Positions 1-8,854 of a DNA stretch of 36,050 nt are shown piece by piece (the stretch's first letter is position 1; every line of letters begins with the position of its first letter). The DNA lies in contig JAKFCT010000098.1 in NCBI GenBank assembly GCA_036676495.1, positions 1-36,050 of the forward strand. Direction: 5' to 3'. This DNA comes from Candidatus Sericytochromatia bacterium (GTDB lineage Bacteria; Cyanobacteriota; Sericytochromatia; S15B-MN24; UBA4093). The notes below the pieces were generated by a model. The model ran no database searches. It was not told where the DNA came from and saw only the letters and a program-made list of their open reading frames with translations. The translations under genes and the position numbers were made by a program.

Positions 1-93
1 ACCGAGCTCCTGCGTGCGATGGTCATTCTCAACAACGTGCTCGGAGACGTGGGCGTCGACGTCAAGGTCTCCGACCCCATCCTCGACCCCTAA
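1..93 (+). CDS. 3' end of a gene truncated by the window edge; paralog of the lipoprotein at 25143-26315
   Basis: Frame 1 reads TELLRAMVILNNVLGDVGVDVKVSDPILDP* (TAA 91-93). It matches the C-terminus of 25143-26315 (TELLTALVILNNALGELGTNVTISDPLL) at 18 of 28 positions without gaps, and a terminator follows. Confidence 0.85.
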   Translation, partial: TELLRAMVILNNVLGDVGVDVKVSDPILDP

Positions 94-114
94 CCCTACC
101 TGCGACATCATCCC

Positions 115-144
115 GGGGGGAGGCGCAACGCCTCCCCCCTTTTT
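115..144 (+). terminator. Intrinsic terminator
   Basis: GGGGGGAGGCG-caa-CGCCTCCCCCC stem-loop followed by TTTTT, about 20 nt after the stop at 93. Confidence 0.85.
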
Positions 145-537
145 GCTTGCATAGCCGCCTACCACGCTTCCACGTGACCCAGTCCGTCGCCGCGCTCGGC
201 CGCCGAGCGGCGGGGCCCCTCCATTGCCCGCGTCACGCCTTCCACGCGCCATGCCCCACGAAGCCCGGGAGCGCCGCTCAGCTGACCGGACGCCTGGGTG
301 GACATTCGCGCCAGGCCCTCCCCTGGAGGCCCTTGTCTGGAGGCCCTCGCCCTGTCCCATGCCTCCGTACCTGCGCGCCCGTGCCCCCAGAGGCGTCTCG
401 AGCTCGTTGCCGAGAACGCCCAGGAGCCACCATGGCTGAGCGGGAGACGCATGTCCGCTCCTCCTGCTGAGCCATGCGCTCCTCCGTCGCTCTCCCGCCA
501 GAGCCCCTCTGGGGAAGCCCCGATCCCCCGGAACGAA

Positions 538-570
538 GCCGCCTGTGTGTCGCTTCGACACACAGGCGGC
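538..570 (-). terminator. Probable terminator of the leftward EPS export unit
   Basis: Perfect 15-bp inverted repeat GCCGCCTGTGTGTCG-ctt-CGACACACAGGCGGC about 85 nt past the stop at 655, followed by TTCGTT on the minus strand. Confidence 0.6.
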
Positions 571-654
571 GGTATTAAAGGGCGCGCCCTAGGGCGTGAG
601 GGGCGACGAGGAAGGCCGGGGGACGTCTGGGTCAGGTGGCGCGCACGGAAGGGC

Positions 655-2088
655 TCAACGAGAGCCGGTCTTGTTCAGGACGACGGAGACGGTTCGCAGC
701 ATGATGAGCAGGTCGAAAAGGATCGAGCGGTGCTTGGCGTAGTAGAGGTCGAACTTGAGCTTTTCTTCGGCGTCTTGAACCGACGAGCCGTAGGGGAAGC
801 GGACCTGCGCCCAGCCGGTCACTCCTGGGGGGACCAGGTGGCGATGCTGGTAGTAGGGGATCTGCTGCTCGAGATCGCGGACGAACTCGGGGCGCTCGGG
901 GCGGGGCCCCACCAGGCTCATGTCCCCCTTGAGGACGTTCCAGAGCTGAGGGAGCTCGTCGAGGCGGCTGAGTCGCAGGAAGTGGCCGAAGCGGGTCACG
1001 CGAGAATCGTTTTTCTGGGCCCAGACGGCCCCGTGCTTTTCGGCATCCACCCGCATGGTGCGGAGTTTATAGACGCGGAACGTCTTGCCGTTCAGGCCGA
1101 CGCGCTCTTGGGAGTAAAAGAGGGGGCCGCGGTCGTCGAGCAGGTTGGCGATCGCCATGACCGGCAGCAACCAGGCGGAAATCATCAGGCCGAACAGGGA
1201 GAACGAGATATCGACCGCTCGCTTGGTGATCCGGTACCCGATTCCCCGGTTCCAGGTGAACTGCTCGATGAACCAGCGCTCATCGACATGCCGGACGGGA
1301 ATCCGGTAGCTGAGCCTCTCGAACAGGCTGGGGATATCGAGCGTCTCCTCGTTCGGGGAGAGCTGCTGCCTCCAGTCCGTCTTCTGAACCGCGGAGGGCC
1401 CTGCCACGATGCTGTCCGCTTTCCAGGCTTGCGCCAGGATGGGCAGCTGGCCGGGCTCACCGAGCAGCGAGAGGGGCGCATCGTTGGCTTGATCCTTTTC
1501 GCTGATCAGGCCGAGGGCCCGGATCCCCGAGAGGGGATGGCGGTGGATTTCATTCAGGGCGTCTTCGGCTTCCGGACCGTTACAGAGCAGGAGGGTCCGG
1601 CGCCGGGTGGCTCGGCACGAAAACATCCAACTCCAGAGTCGGCGGCTCGCAACCAGGAGCAAGAGCGCCAGGCATGTGGCGGCGAGGATCGCCGGAAGGA
1701 GGGCCGTCGTTGCCGTTCCCCACGCGAGTGCCAGGGTCCCCCCGCCGGCCATCAAGACCCCCTTGCCGATGGCCCGCTCGTCGTGGGGCTCGAGGGAGTA
1801 CTGGTTGGCCGAGTAGAGGGCGCCCAACACGAGAACGGCCCATAGGGCGAAGAAGCCAAGTGCTGGGGATCCGCCCGTGAGCACGACGCCGATCATCCAG
1901 GCGACGCTCGTGCACACGCCGTCGTTGACCATCAGAAGACCGCGACGGTCCGTTTCACGGAGCTGATGAAGCCACGGCCGGAGGGCCTCCAGCCAGGCCT
2001 CGCGGCCCATGAAGCGTCTCGGAAACGTGCCCAAGGAGGCGACGGGCTGGGGGTCTTGGGGCGGAAAGTTTAGCGAGCCGGTCGACAT
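655..2088 (-). CDS. Priming polyprenyl glycosyl-1-phosphate transferase (WcaJ/WbaP-like bacterial sugar transferase)
   Basis: N-terminal TM helices. C-terminal sugar-transferase motifs KRAVDI, FYSQERVG, YKLRTM, DSRVTRFG, LDELPQLWNVLKGDMSLVGPRPE, PGVTGWAQV. Start moved to ATG 2088 (GAGGTG RBS). Confidence 0.93.
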   Translation of the reverse strand: MSTGSLNFPPQDPQPVASLGTFPRRFMGREAWLEALRPWLHQLRETDRRGLLMVNDGVCTSVAWMIGVVLTGGSPALGFFALWAVLVLGALYSANQYSLEPHDERAIGKGVLMAGGGTLALAWGTATTALLPAILAATCLALLLLVASRRLWSWMFSCRATRRRTLLLCNGPEAEDALNEIHRHPLSGIRALGLISEKDQANDAPLSLLGEPGQLPILAQAWKADSIVAGPSAVQKTDWRQQLSPNEETLDIPSLFERLSYRIPVRHVDERWFIEQFTWNRGIGYRITKRAVDISFSLFGLMISAWLLPVMAIANLLDDRGPLFYSQERVGLNGKTFRVYKLRTMRVDAEKHGAVWAQKNDSRVTRFGHFLRLSRLDELPQLWNVLKGDMSLVGPRPERPEFVRDLEQQIPYYQHRHLVPPGVTGWAQVRFPYGSSVQDAEEKLKFDLYYAKHRSILFDLLIMLRTVSVVLNKTGSR

Positions 2089-2189
2089 GTTTTCACCTCG
2101 TTCATGACTGCTGGCTATTCCTTGCCCCCTTAATCTACCGAGCAGCGGTTGAGGAGGCTTCTGCTGTTTTGACAAAAAAATGTCTTAGT

Positions 2190-2203
2190 TTGATTGAGGT
2201 CAA
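2190..2203. promoter_or_regulatory. Candidate CRP/FNR-family operator
   Basis: TTGAT-tgag-GTCAA, 9/10 match to the FNR-type consensus TTGAT-N4-ATCAA, in an AT-rich spacer upstream of the priming transferase. Confidence 0.35.
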
Positions 2204-2242
2204 GTTGGGGCGCCGGCCTGGACGTGATGCCCGGACGCTCGG

Positions 2243-2884
2243 CTAGTCCCAGGCCTTGACGAAGGCGATGGCCGTGATCAGGGAGGTGATGAGCGGGATC
2301 CAGATCTCGGCATCCGGCCCCCAGACCTCGCCCACCTCCACGACGCCGCCCTCGGCCAGGGTGGGGATCGGCTCCTTGCCCTGAAGCAGCCGGTCGAGGT
2401 CGTAGGTGCGACGGGAGAGGCTCCCGGGCTCCACCACGGTGATGGCGTTGCGGGCGGCTCGCCGATTCAGGCCTCCGGCCGTGGCGATCGCTTCGACCAG
2501 GGTGGGCGGCTGGGTGAAGTCAAAACTTCCCGCCCGTTCGACTTTTCCCAGGACGGTGATCCGCAGCGGACGGAACTGGGCGATGCTGACCAGGACCCGG
2601 GGGTTCGTCAGGATGGACCGGTAGGCCTCCTGGACGGAGGCGGTAACCTGCGCGATGCTTCGTCCCTCGACGCGTAACGGAGCGATCATGGGCAGGGAGA
2701 TATGGCCGTCCGGCCGGATGGGCTGGGCGGGGACCATCAGGTCCGGATGTCCCACCACCGAGACGCTCAGCGCGTCGCCGGTGCGCAGGAGGTACTCCGA
2801 GGCCGCGCTGAGGGGGGCAAAGAGCGCGGTGACGAGCATGGTGCAGATGAGGGTCGACGACAGCAGGCGGATGAGTTGCGGCAT
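2243..2884 (-). CDS. Polysaccharide export protein, OPX/Wza family (short form)
   Basis: Signal peptide; Poly_export motif YLLRTGDALSVSV...IRPDGHISLPMI; SLBB-like ITVLGKVERAG...TLVEAIATAGG; C-terminal hydrophobic helix. Confidence 0.88.
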   Translation of the reverse strand: MPQLIRLLSSTLICTMLVTALFAPLSAASEYLLRTGDALSVSVVGHPDLMVPAQPIRPDGHISLPMIAPLRVEGRSIAQVTASVQEAYRSILTNPRVLVSIAQFRPLRITVLGKVERAGSFDFTQPPTLVEAIATAGGLNRRAARNAITVVEPGSLSRRTYDLDRLLQGKEPIPTLAEGGVVEVGEVWGPDAEIWIPLITSLITAIAFVKAWD

Positions 2885-2951
2885 GGTGAGGCTCTCCTCT
2901 CAGCGGGCGAACCCGCGGTGATAGGCGGGGGGATGGGGGCGGCGGCCCAGG

Positions 2952-4151
2952 CTAATGGGCGAATGCATGGAATCGGCCGAACCGATGGGACGGCTGCGGG
3001 GATGGCAAGCGGACCAGCGCGGCCTGGGTGGCCATGATCCAGGCTCCCCAGAGGATCTTGAACATCAGAAAGTGTAGAAAGACGGCAGCCAGCGCCAGCC
3101 CGATCAGGGCGGCGAAGATCGCCCCGGCCATGGGGCTGCGCCGGGGGAAGCGCAGATGGACTCCCATGGCGAGCAAGAGGGCCAGCAAACCCAGGCTGCC
3201 CGTCTCGGCAAAGGCCTGGAGGTAGGTGTTATGCGTGGCCAAGCCCCAGTAGAGGCCGCTCGCGGACCCGCTGACATGGGGGAAGGCCCCCAGACCAAGC
3301 CCGGTCATGCCGTGCTGGATTCCCGCCGCGACGGCGACCTGCCAGACCTCGGTGCGTCCGTTTCCCGTGGTATCGTCGACGTCGCTGAAGCGTCCCAGCA
3401 TGGGGCCCATGGTCGCGAAGGCGATCCCCAAGCTGATGATCAGGACGGCGATCGCCTTCCAGCGCCGATCCCAGGCCAGCATGGCCAGCCCCATGACGAT
3501 GATCGCGAGGATCCCCCCCCGGGACTGCGCCAGGGCGGAGGCCCACCCGATCAGGCCGAGGACGGCGACGGCTTCCAGCCGCCGCTTGGGCTGGCGAAGG
3601 AAGTAGAACCCCACGGCCGCCGGGAGCAAGAACGCCGCGGTCAGGAAGTTCGGGTCGACCACCACGGATCCCAGGACGATGGAGCCCCGGCCGTCGACGG
3701 CGGTGTTCCCTTGCAGGGTGGAAACGATGGTCAGCAAGGCGCAGGCTCCCCCTCCGAGGAACCATGCCCGGAGCCCGTGCTCGAGCTGGGACGGGGTGAG
3801 GGCGCGGGCGGTGGAGCCGAGATAGATGATCCAGAAAATGGCGACCGGAACGAGGGCCGCCCGGCTTCCCATTGGATCGATCGAGCTGAAGTACGAGAGC
3901 ACCAGCGCCAGCATCAAGACCGTGACGGCGAGATACCGTCCGAGCAACTCTCGGCCCCCTGCGCCGGGACCTCGGGGGGCCGCCATGGCGAGGAGCGCCG
4001 CCGAGGCGACGCCCAGCGCGTTGACCGGCAAGGAGAGGTTGAGGCCCGCGATCAGCATCTCGAAGGGCATCAGGAAGAGGAAGAGACACCAGGGCCAGAG
4101 CCAGTACGGCATGACCTCGGCGGGCTGAAGGGCGAGGGTCGGACGGCTCAT
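2952..4151 (-). CDS. Wzy-like polymerase / O-antigen ligase family membrane protein
   Basis: Many TM helices; motifs DPNFLT, SRGG, GRTEVW, GLGLGAF, THNTYLQAFAETG. ATGA overlap with the Wzc stop. Confidence 0.85.
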   Translation of the reverse strand: MSRPTLALQPAEVMPYWLWPWCLFLFLMPFEMLIAGLNLSLPVNALGVASAALLAMAAPRGPGAGGRELLGRYLAVTVLMLALVLSYFSSIDPMGSRAALVPVAIFWIIYLGSTARALTPSQLEHGLRAWFLGGGACALLTIVSTLQGNTAVDGRGSIVLGSVVVDPNFLTAAFLLPAAVGFYFLRQPKRRLEAVAVLGLIGWASALAQSRGGILAIIVMGLAMLAWDRRWKAIAVLIISLGIAFATMGPMLGRFSDVDDTTGNGRTEVWQVAVAAGIQHGMTGLGLGAFPHVSGSASGLYWGLATHNTYLQAFAETGSLGLLALLLAMGVHLRFPRRSPMAGAIFAALIGLALAAVFLHFLMFKILWGAWIMATQAALVRLPSPQPSHRFGRFHAFAH

Positions 4152-6244
4152 GGCCGATCCCCCTCGCTGGCGACGAGGTAGTAGCTCGCCTCCGGGGCGG
4201 AGCTGAACGGACTGATGGAGAGGGCTCCCAGGATGGGGATCCCGACGGCCTGCATCATCTGGACTCCGGCGAGCAGCGCTTCGGGGCCCACCTTTTGGAA
4301 GTTCCCCAGGAAGAGGGTGCCGTCAGCCTGCTTTGCAACTTGCGCGACCTCGGCGACCATGGAGAGGGGCGGGAGGTCGATCAGGATGACGTCGAACTCC
4401 TTGCGCCAGTGGCTCAGGAGGGGCGCCAACTGCGTCCTGAGCTTGGCCTGCTTGAAGGGGAGCTCCGCCGATCCGGCGCTCACCAGGTGGATGCCCTCTT
4501 TTTCACGGACGGCCTCGGCGGGAGACAGGCGATTGAGCAAGGCCTCAGAGAGGCCGAGGCCAGGATCGTTCTCCCCGAAGATCGTGTGTAGGCGGGGTCG
4601 CCGCAGGTCGCCGTCGACCAGGAGCACCCGTTTGCCCATGTCTCGCAGGGAGAGGGCGAGGTTGGCGATGGTCATGCTCTTGCCCTCGCCGGTGCTGGTG
4701 CTGGTCATGACGATCACCTGCCCTTCGAACCCGCCGAGGTGGTTTTCGAGGGCGAGGCCCAGGGTCATGAGGCTTTGCAGGTACGCGGGGCTCGACATCG
4801 TGGTGACGATCAGCTCTCCCTGTCGCTTCTCGGACTTTGAGAGCAAGGGGAGGCTGCAGAAAATGGGAATGTCGGGCATGTAGCCGGCGAGCGCCGTGGG
4901 GGAGACCCGGCGGTCGAGCACGTCCCTCAAGGTGCCGGCCCCAAACCCGGCTGCAAGGCTCGCGAGCAGGAGCACGCTTCCGGCTTGTCCTCCCAGGGGT
5001 ATGAGGGGACGCTCCGGAATCTCGGGAGCTTGCACGACCTGGGCGAAGCTGGGAGCGATGGAGAGGTGCTGGCGGGCTTGCTCACGCTTCTGGAGCAGGT
5101 CTTGGTAAATCTGCCCCGCCATGACGACCTCGCGCTGGAGCCGCTCGAGGGTCATCTCGTGAGCGGGAAGCTGGGTCATGCTGGCGCTCAGGGAGCTCCG
5201 GCTACGCTCGGCTGCCGAGATGCTGGCTTTGGTGGCCATGATCTCGACTTCCGTGGACGTCAGGTCGCGCAGCAAGCCGATCTGGATATCGTCGAGCGGG
5301 CGGAAGGCCTGCTGCCGACCCACGAGCAGGCGGATCTCGGCGCCGATGTCCTGCTTGAGCATGGCGATCCGGCTTTCCAGGGCCATCAGATCGGGGTGGC
5401 TCGCGGCGAGTCCCTGGGTGCGCAGCGGAGAGGTCTCGGCCGTCACCAACTGCTCTTGCAGGGCTCGCAGACGCGGGTTCTGGGCGAGGGCTGCCGCCTC
5501 TTGCGCTTCTCGAGGAGACATCCGCAACCGTGAGCGCAAGCTCGCGGCCTTGGCCTGCAGGCTTTCGAGGGCCAGCTGGTGATTGCGGATGAGGGTGTTC
5601 AGGTCCCCCATGTCGCGCACCGAGGCCTGGATCTCCTGGTTGAGGGAGACGCTGCCCAGCGTTTGCTTGAACTCCCGCAGGCGGGTTTCCGCGTCACTGA
5701 GGCGGCTCTGGGCACTTCCCATGTGCTCGTCGACGATCTTGAGGCCCGCCTGGACTCCTTCGCGCCGGGTGGATTCGGTGTTCTGGAGGTAGAACTCGCA
5801 GAGATTCTGAACCACTTGCTGGGCGAGATGGGGATCGGAGTCCCGGTAGGAGACCTCGATGAGGTCGGTCCCCTTGATGGGAGCGACCCGGATTCGCTTG
5901 GCGAGCTCGTCGGTCGTCATGGGTTTCCCCTCGCCGTTTCGGAGGTCGAGCTTCTCGATGACGTTCCGAAGGGTGGCGGGTAACCGGATCATCTCGACCT
6001 GGGTGAAGAGGGGCTGGCTGGTACCTCCCAGTTCGGGAAGGGCGTTGCTGACGATGCCCAGTCCCCCGAAGCGCTGCTCGGTTCGCATCACGAGGAGCTT
6101 GGCGCTGGATTCGAAGGACTTGGGCATGACGAGCAGGAGGGGGATTCCGGCGGCGAGGACGAGGCCGCTGGTCAGCGCCATGACGCGCCAGCGGCGTTTG
6201 AAGAGGGCGGCCAGGCTGGGATCGGCGGAAGTGTCGTACATCAT
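4148..6244 (-). CDS. Polysaccharide co-polymerase / BY tyrosine autokinase (Wzc/GumC-like)
   Basis: N-terminal TM, long coiled-coil region, second TM, Walker A GEGKS, A' LLVDGDLRRP, Walker B ILIDLPP. Start moved to ATG 6244 (GAGG RBS) because the longer ORF overlaps the GNAT gene. Confidence 0.9.
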   Translation of the reverse strand: MMYDTSADPSLAALFKRRWRVMALTSGLVLAAGIPLLLVMPKSFESSAKLLVMRTEQRFGGLGIVSNALPELGGTSQPLFTQVEMIRLPATLRNVIEKLDLRNGEGKPMTTDELAKRIRVAPIKGTDLIEVSYRDSDPHLAQQVVQNLCEFYLQNTESTRREGVQAGLKIVDEHMGSAQSRLSDAETRLREFKQTLGSVSLNQEIQASVRDMGDLNTLIRNHQLALESLQAKAASLRSRLRMSPREAQEAAALAQNPRLRALQEQLVTAETSPLRTQGLAASHPDLMALESRIAMLKQDIGAEIRLLVGRQQAFRPLDDIQIGLLRDLTSTEVEIMATKASISAAERSRSSLSASMTQLPAHEMTLERLQREVVMAGQIYQDLLQKREQARQHLSIAPSFAQVVQAPEIPERPLIPLGGQAGSVLLLASLAAGFGAGTLRDVLDRRVSPTALAGYMPDIPIFCSLPLLSKSEKRQGELIVTTMSSPAYLQSLMTLGLALENHLGGFEGQVIVMTSTSTGEGKSMTIANLALSLRDMGKRVLLVDGDLRRPRLHTIFGENDPGLGLSEALLNRLSPAEAVREKEGIHLVSAGSAELPFKQAKLRTQLAPLLSHWRKEFDVILIDLPPLSMVAEVAQVAKQADGTLFLGNFQKVGPEALLAGVQMMQAVGIPILGALSISPFSSAPEASYYLVASEGDRP

Positions 6245-6336
6245 TGGTGCTACCTCTCGGATGGCATGGAAGGTCGTTTCACGTTTACCGATCATCCGTC
6301 TGTTGCGACATCGCTTATAGGTCAAGTTGCCCAAGG

Positions 6337-7482
6337 TTATTGGGTGAAGGATCCAACTCCCGATGGCGTGGGGCTGGCTTGGATCTCCGGGTGCTTGGCG
6401 CTCGCGAGCGCACGCTTGATGCGCTTGACGAGGGGAACCTCCCTCAAGTAGGGCTTGAGGATGCCGTCCCAGCCGACCAAGGCCAAGGCCGGAAGCCGGC
6501 TGGGCTGGGCCACGGCCAGCTTGACCGTTTCGGTCCGATGGGTTTCCAGCGCGGATTTCCAGTCGTAATGCCCGGGGCCCAGGTCGATCTCTCGGACCCC
6601 GCATTGCTGCATGCGCTCGAACGCCCAGGCCGTGAGGAGGCTCCCGGCAGAGTACGCGGAGTAGCGAGGCGACGGATCGATGATGCGCAGCAGCTCGTAG
6701 GCCCGATCCCCGCAGCGCACGAGCAGCTCGAGCGCGAGGAGCGTCTCCTCGGCCTCGAGGGCGTAGAAATGGAGGTCCCCGCGTTCCAAGGCCTCCGTTG
6801 CGATCGCCCGGATGTAACGGTAGTACCCGCGCCAGTCTCGCTCGCCATGCCATCGCTCGGCGTGCAGCCGGAACATGGCCTCGAGGAGCGGCTCCAGATT
6901 GCCCGCATCGGCTTCGAGGAAGCGGGGATTGAGGGCGGAGAGCTTCTTCCCGCGCCGGCGCACGAGCTCGCGGGTCGCCGAGGGACGCGCGGCCCAGTAG
7001 GAGTTCCAGTCCTCCCCCAGGATGGCGGTCTGATTCTGCATCCAGTCGATTCGTTCGGTGACGGCCAGCCCTGCGCTCCCGAGGCCCTTGATCAGGGAGC
7101 TGCTCGTCGCGTCGCGCAGGACCAGCTGCAGCATGTCCCAGTCCTGCCGCGCGCTTCTCAGTGCCGCTATCAGCGCCTGGACGATCTCTTCCTCCTTGTC
7201 CGGCCGGAGGATCCAGGGATCGTGATACCAGGCGTCTTCTCCACCGATGCCGGTGAGCTGCCGAATCCCCCAGCGGTCACGTTCGAGGCACCAGGGTGCA
7301 GCCGCTACCCAGCGACCCTCGTCGCCCACCAGGATGACGAAGGGCTCCGTCTCGCGCTCGCGCTGGACGAGCCAGGATTCGACGGCGGACCACCCGCTGA
7401 AGGGGCTGGGGGCCGCGGATTCGCTCCAGCCATGGCTCAGGGCCCGGATGTCGGTCATGTCGCGTAGGATGGTCGTTTGCAT
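6337..7482 (-). CDS. GNAT-fold protein, CelD/BcsL-like (Acetyltransf_6-type), paralog 1
   Basis: About 380 aa with WNSYWA, YSAGSLL, IDLGPG..DWK, typical of this family in EPS loci. Shares GIGGEDAWYHDPWI with two paralogs. Confidence 0.8.
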   Translation of the reverse strand: MQTTILRDMTDIRALSHGWSESAAPSPFSGWSAVESWLVQRERETEPFVILVGDEGRWVAAAPWCLERDRWGIRQLTGIGGEDAWYHDPWILRPDKEEEIVQALIAALRSARQDWDMLQLVLRDATSSSLIKGLGSAGLAVTERIDWMQNQTAILGEDWNSYWAARPSATRELVRRRGKKLSALNPRFLEADAGNLEPLLEAMFRLHAERWHGERDWRGYYRYIRAIATEALERGDLHFYALEAEETLLALELLVRCGDRAYELLRIIDPSPRYSAYSAGSLLTAWAFERMQQCGVREIDLGPGHYDWKSALETHRTETVKLAVAQPSRLPALALVGWDGILKPYLREVPLVKRIKRALASAKHPEIQASPTPSGVGSFTQ

Positions 7483-7524
7483 GGTTGCTCCTCTCAGCCC
7501 GGGGCACGCTCGTGCGTCCGGAAC

Positions 7525-8844
7525 CTAGTTCGTCTCGTAAGCCCCCAGGTCGGGAGCCTTCCCGAGGGGGCGCTGCTGGTTCGCGAAGTCGGTGTCGAGG
7601 GGAAAGACGTTCCCGCGATCGTCGCGGAGATCCGGGAGCATGTTGCCGCCGTCGATACCCGGCGCCATCTGCTTGAGCCGGAAGTCCTTCTTCGGGGCAT
7701 CGAGGAAGGAGCGCAGGCTTTCAATCCAGGCGTTATGGTGGATGGAGATCTGGGACCCGACGCTCCAGTCGGCCGTGTCCGTTCCGCTCAGGGCAAGACC
7801 CAGGTTATTGGCCACCTCGACCGAGTTTCCGCGGCCTGCGAAGTTGAAGGAGGTCTTGTTGCCCACCAGGGTGTTATGGGCGAAGAGCACGCGCTCGGCT
7901 CCGATGTCGGGATCCCAGACGAAGCAGCCGCTGCTGTCCGGGTGATCGTAGATCAGGTTGTTATAGACCCAGACATCATGGGTGCGGTACCGTTGATCTT
8001 CCGAGGAGATGCCAATCCCCCCCTTGGCGTTGCCATACACCCGATTCCGGTGGATCCGAAGGTACGAGCCCCCGTCCACGTAGATGCCGGGCGCGCCGTT
8101 CTGGTAGACCTCGTTTTCGCGCACCTCCCCGTGCGAGGCCCCCAGCCAGAGGTCGATCCCCTCGGTGCGGTTCTCGTAGACGCGGTTTCGCGAGATGACG
8201 AAGCCGTCCGCGATCAGGCTGATGGCTTGACCGAATCCGGCTCCCTTGAGCACACAGTCATGAATCGTGTTTTCGGTGAGCGTGATATCCCTCAGGACCG
8301 GCGAATCTCCGTGGGGTTGGTGCCCGGTCTCCGTGCTGATGGCATGGCGCTGGGCGTAGGAGACCTCGCAAGCTTTGACGGTGAGGTGGCTCGCGGCCAG
8401 CAGAATGCCGGTGTTGGGGGCCTGAGTGACGACGAGCCCTTCGAGCCGCACGTAAGGGTGCCGGAGTTCGACGAGCCCTTGGTTCTGGTTCGAGCCTTTC
8501 TTGACGGGGAGATTGGACCCGTCGAGGATGGCGCCGTCATGCCCCTTGATGACCAAGGGGGCGCTGGCGGAGCCGCCTCGCCGGGTGACCAGGGAGTCGC
8601 GGTACGTCCCGGGCAAGAGATGGACGGTGGTCCCTGCCCCCGCACGGCTGATGGCGACATCGAGGCTGCGGAGCGGAGCATCGGCCCGGGTGCCCGGGGC
8701 CTCGTCCGATCCTCGAGGCGAGACGTAGAGCTCTGCTGGTGCGGGAGTCTTGGACAATCCCCACCCGGGAGAGTTCGGCCCACTCTGGCAAATCACCAGC
8801 ATGGGCAGGATTCCCAGCACTCCGAATAGCCGCTTTGGATTCAT
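7525..8844 (-). CDS. Secreted right-handed parallel beta-helix protein (DUF1565-like start, pectin-lyase-like fold), paralog 1
   Basis: Hydrophobic N-terminus; YVSPRGSD; repeats NRVYEN, NEVYQN, NRVYGN, NLIYD; C-terminal DFRL...PDLGAYE. Start moved to ATG 8844. Confidence 0.8.
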   Translation of the reverse strand: MNPKRLFGVLGILPMLVICQSGPNSPGWGLSKTPAPAELYVSPRGSDEAPGTRADAPLRSLDVAISRAGAGTTVHLLPGTYRDSLVTRRGGSASAPLVIKGHDGAILDGSNLPVKKGSNQNQGLVELRHPYVRLEGLVVTQAPNTGILLAASHLTVKACEVSYAQRHAISTETGHQPHGDSPVLRDITLTENTIHDCVLKGAGFGQAISLIADGFVISRNRVYENRTEGIDLWLGASHGEVRENEVYQNGAPGIYVDGGSYLRIHRNRVYGNAKGGIGISSEDQRYRTHDVWVYNNLIYDHPDSSGCFVWDPDIGAERVLFAHNTLVGNKTSFNFAGRGNSVEVANNLGLALSGTDTADWSVGSQISIHHNAWIESLRSFLDAPKKDFRLKQMAPGIDGGNMLPDLRDDRGNVFPLDTDFANQQRPLGKAPDLGAYETN

Positions 8845-8854
8845 GGGGCCCCCC

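Noticed and set aside
298-1845. Long antisense ORFs such as 298-1845, 12787-14607, 26440-28047 and 33670-35673
   Set aside because: They shadow genes with clear motifs on the opposite strand, which is typical of high-GC codon usage, and have no recognisable motifs.
6245-6853. N-terminal extension making Wzc 901 aa
   Set aside because: It overlaps GNAT paralog 1 in another frame, looks non-coding, and an RBS supports ATG 6244.
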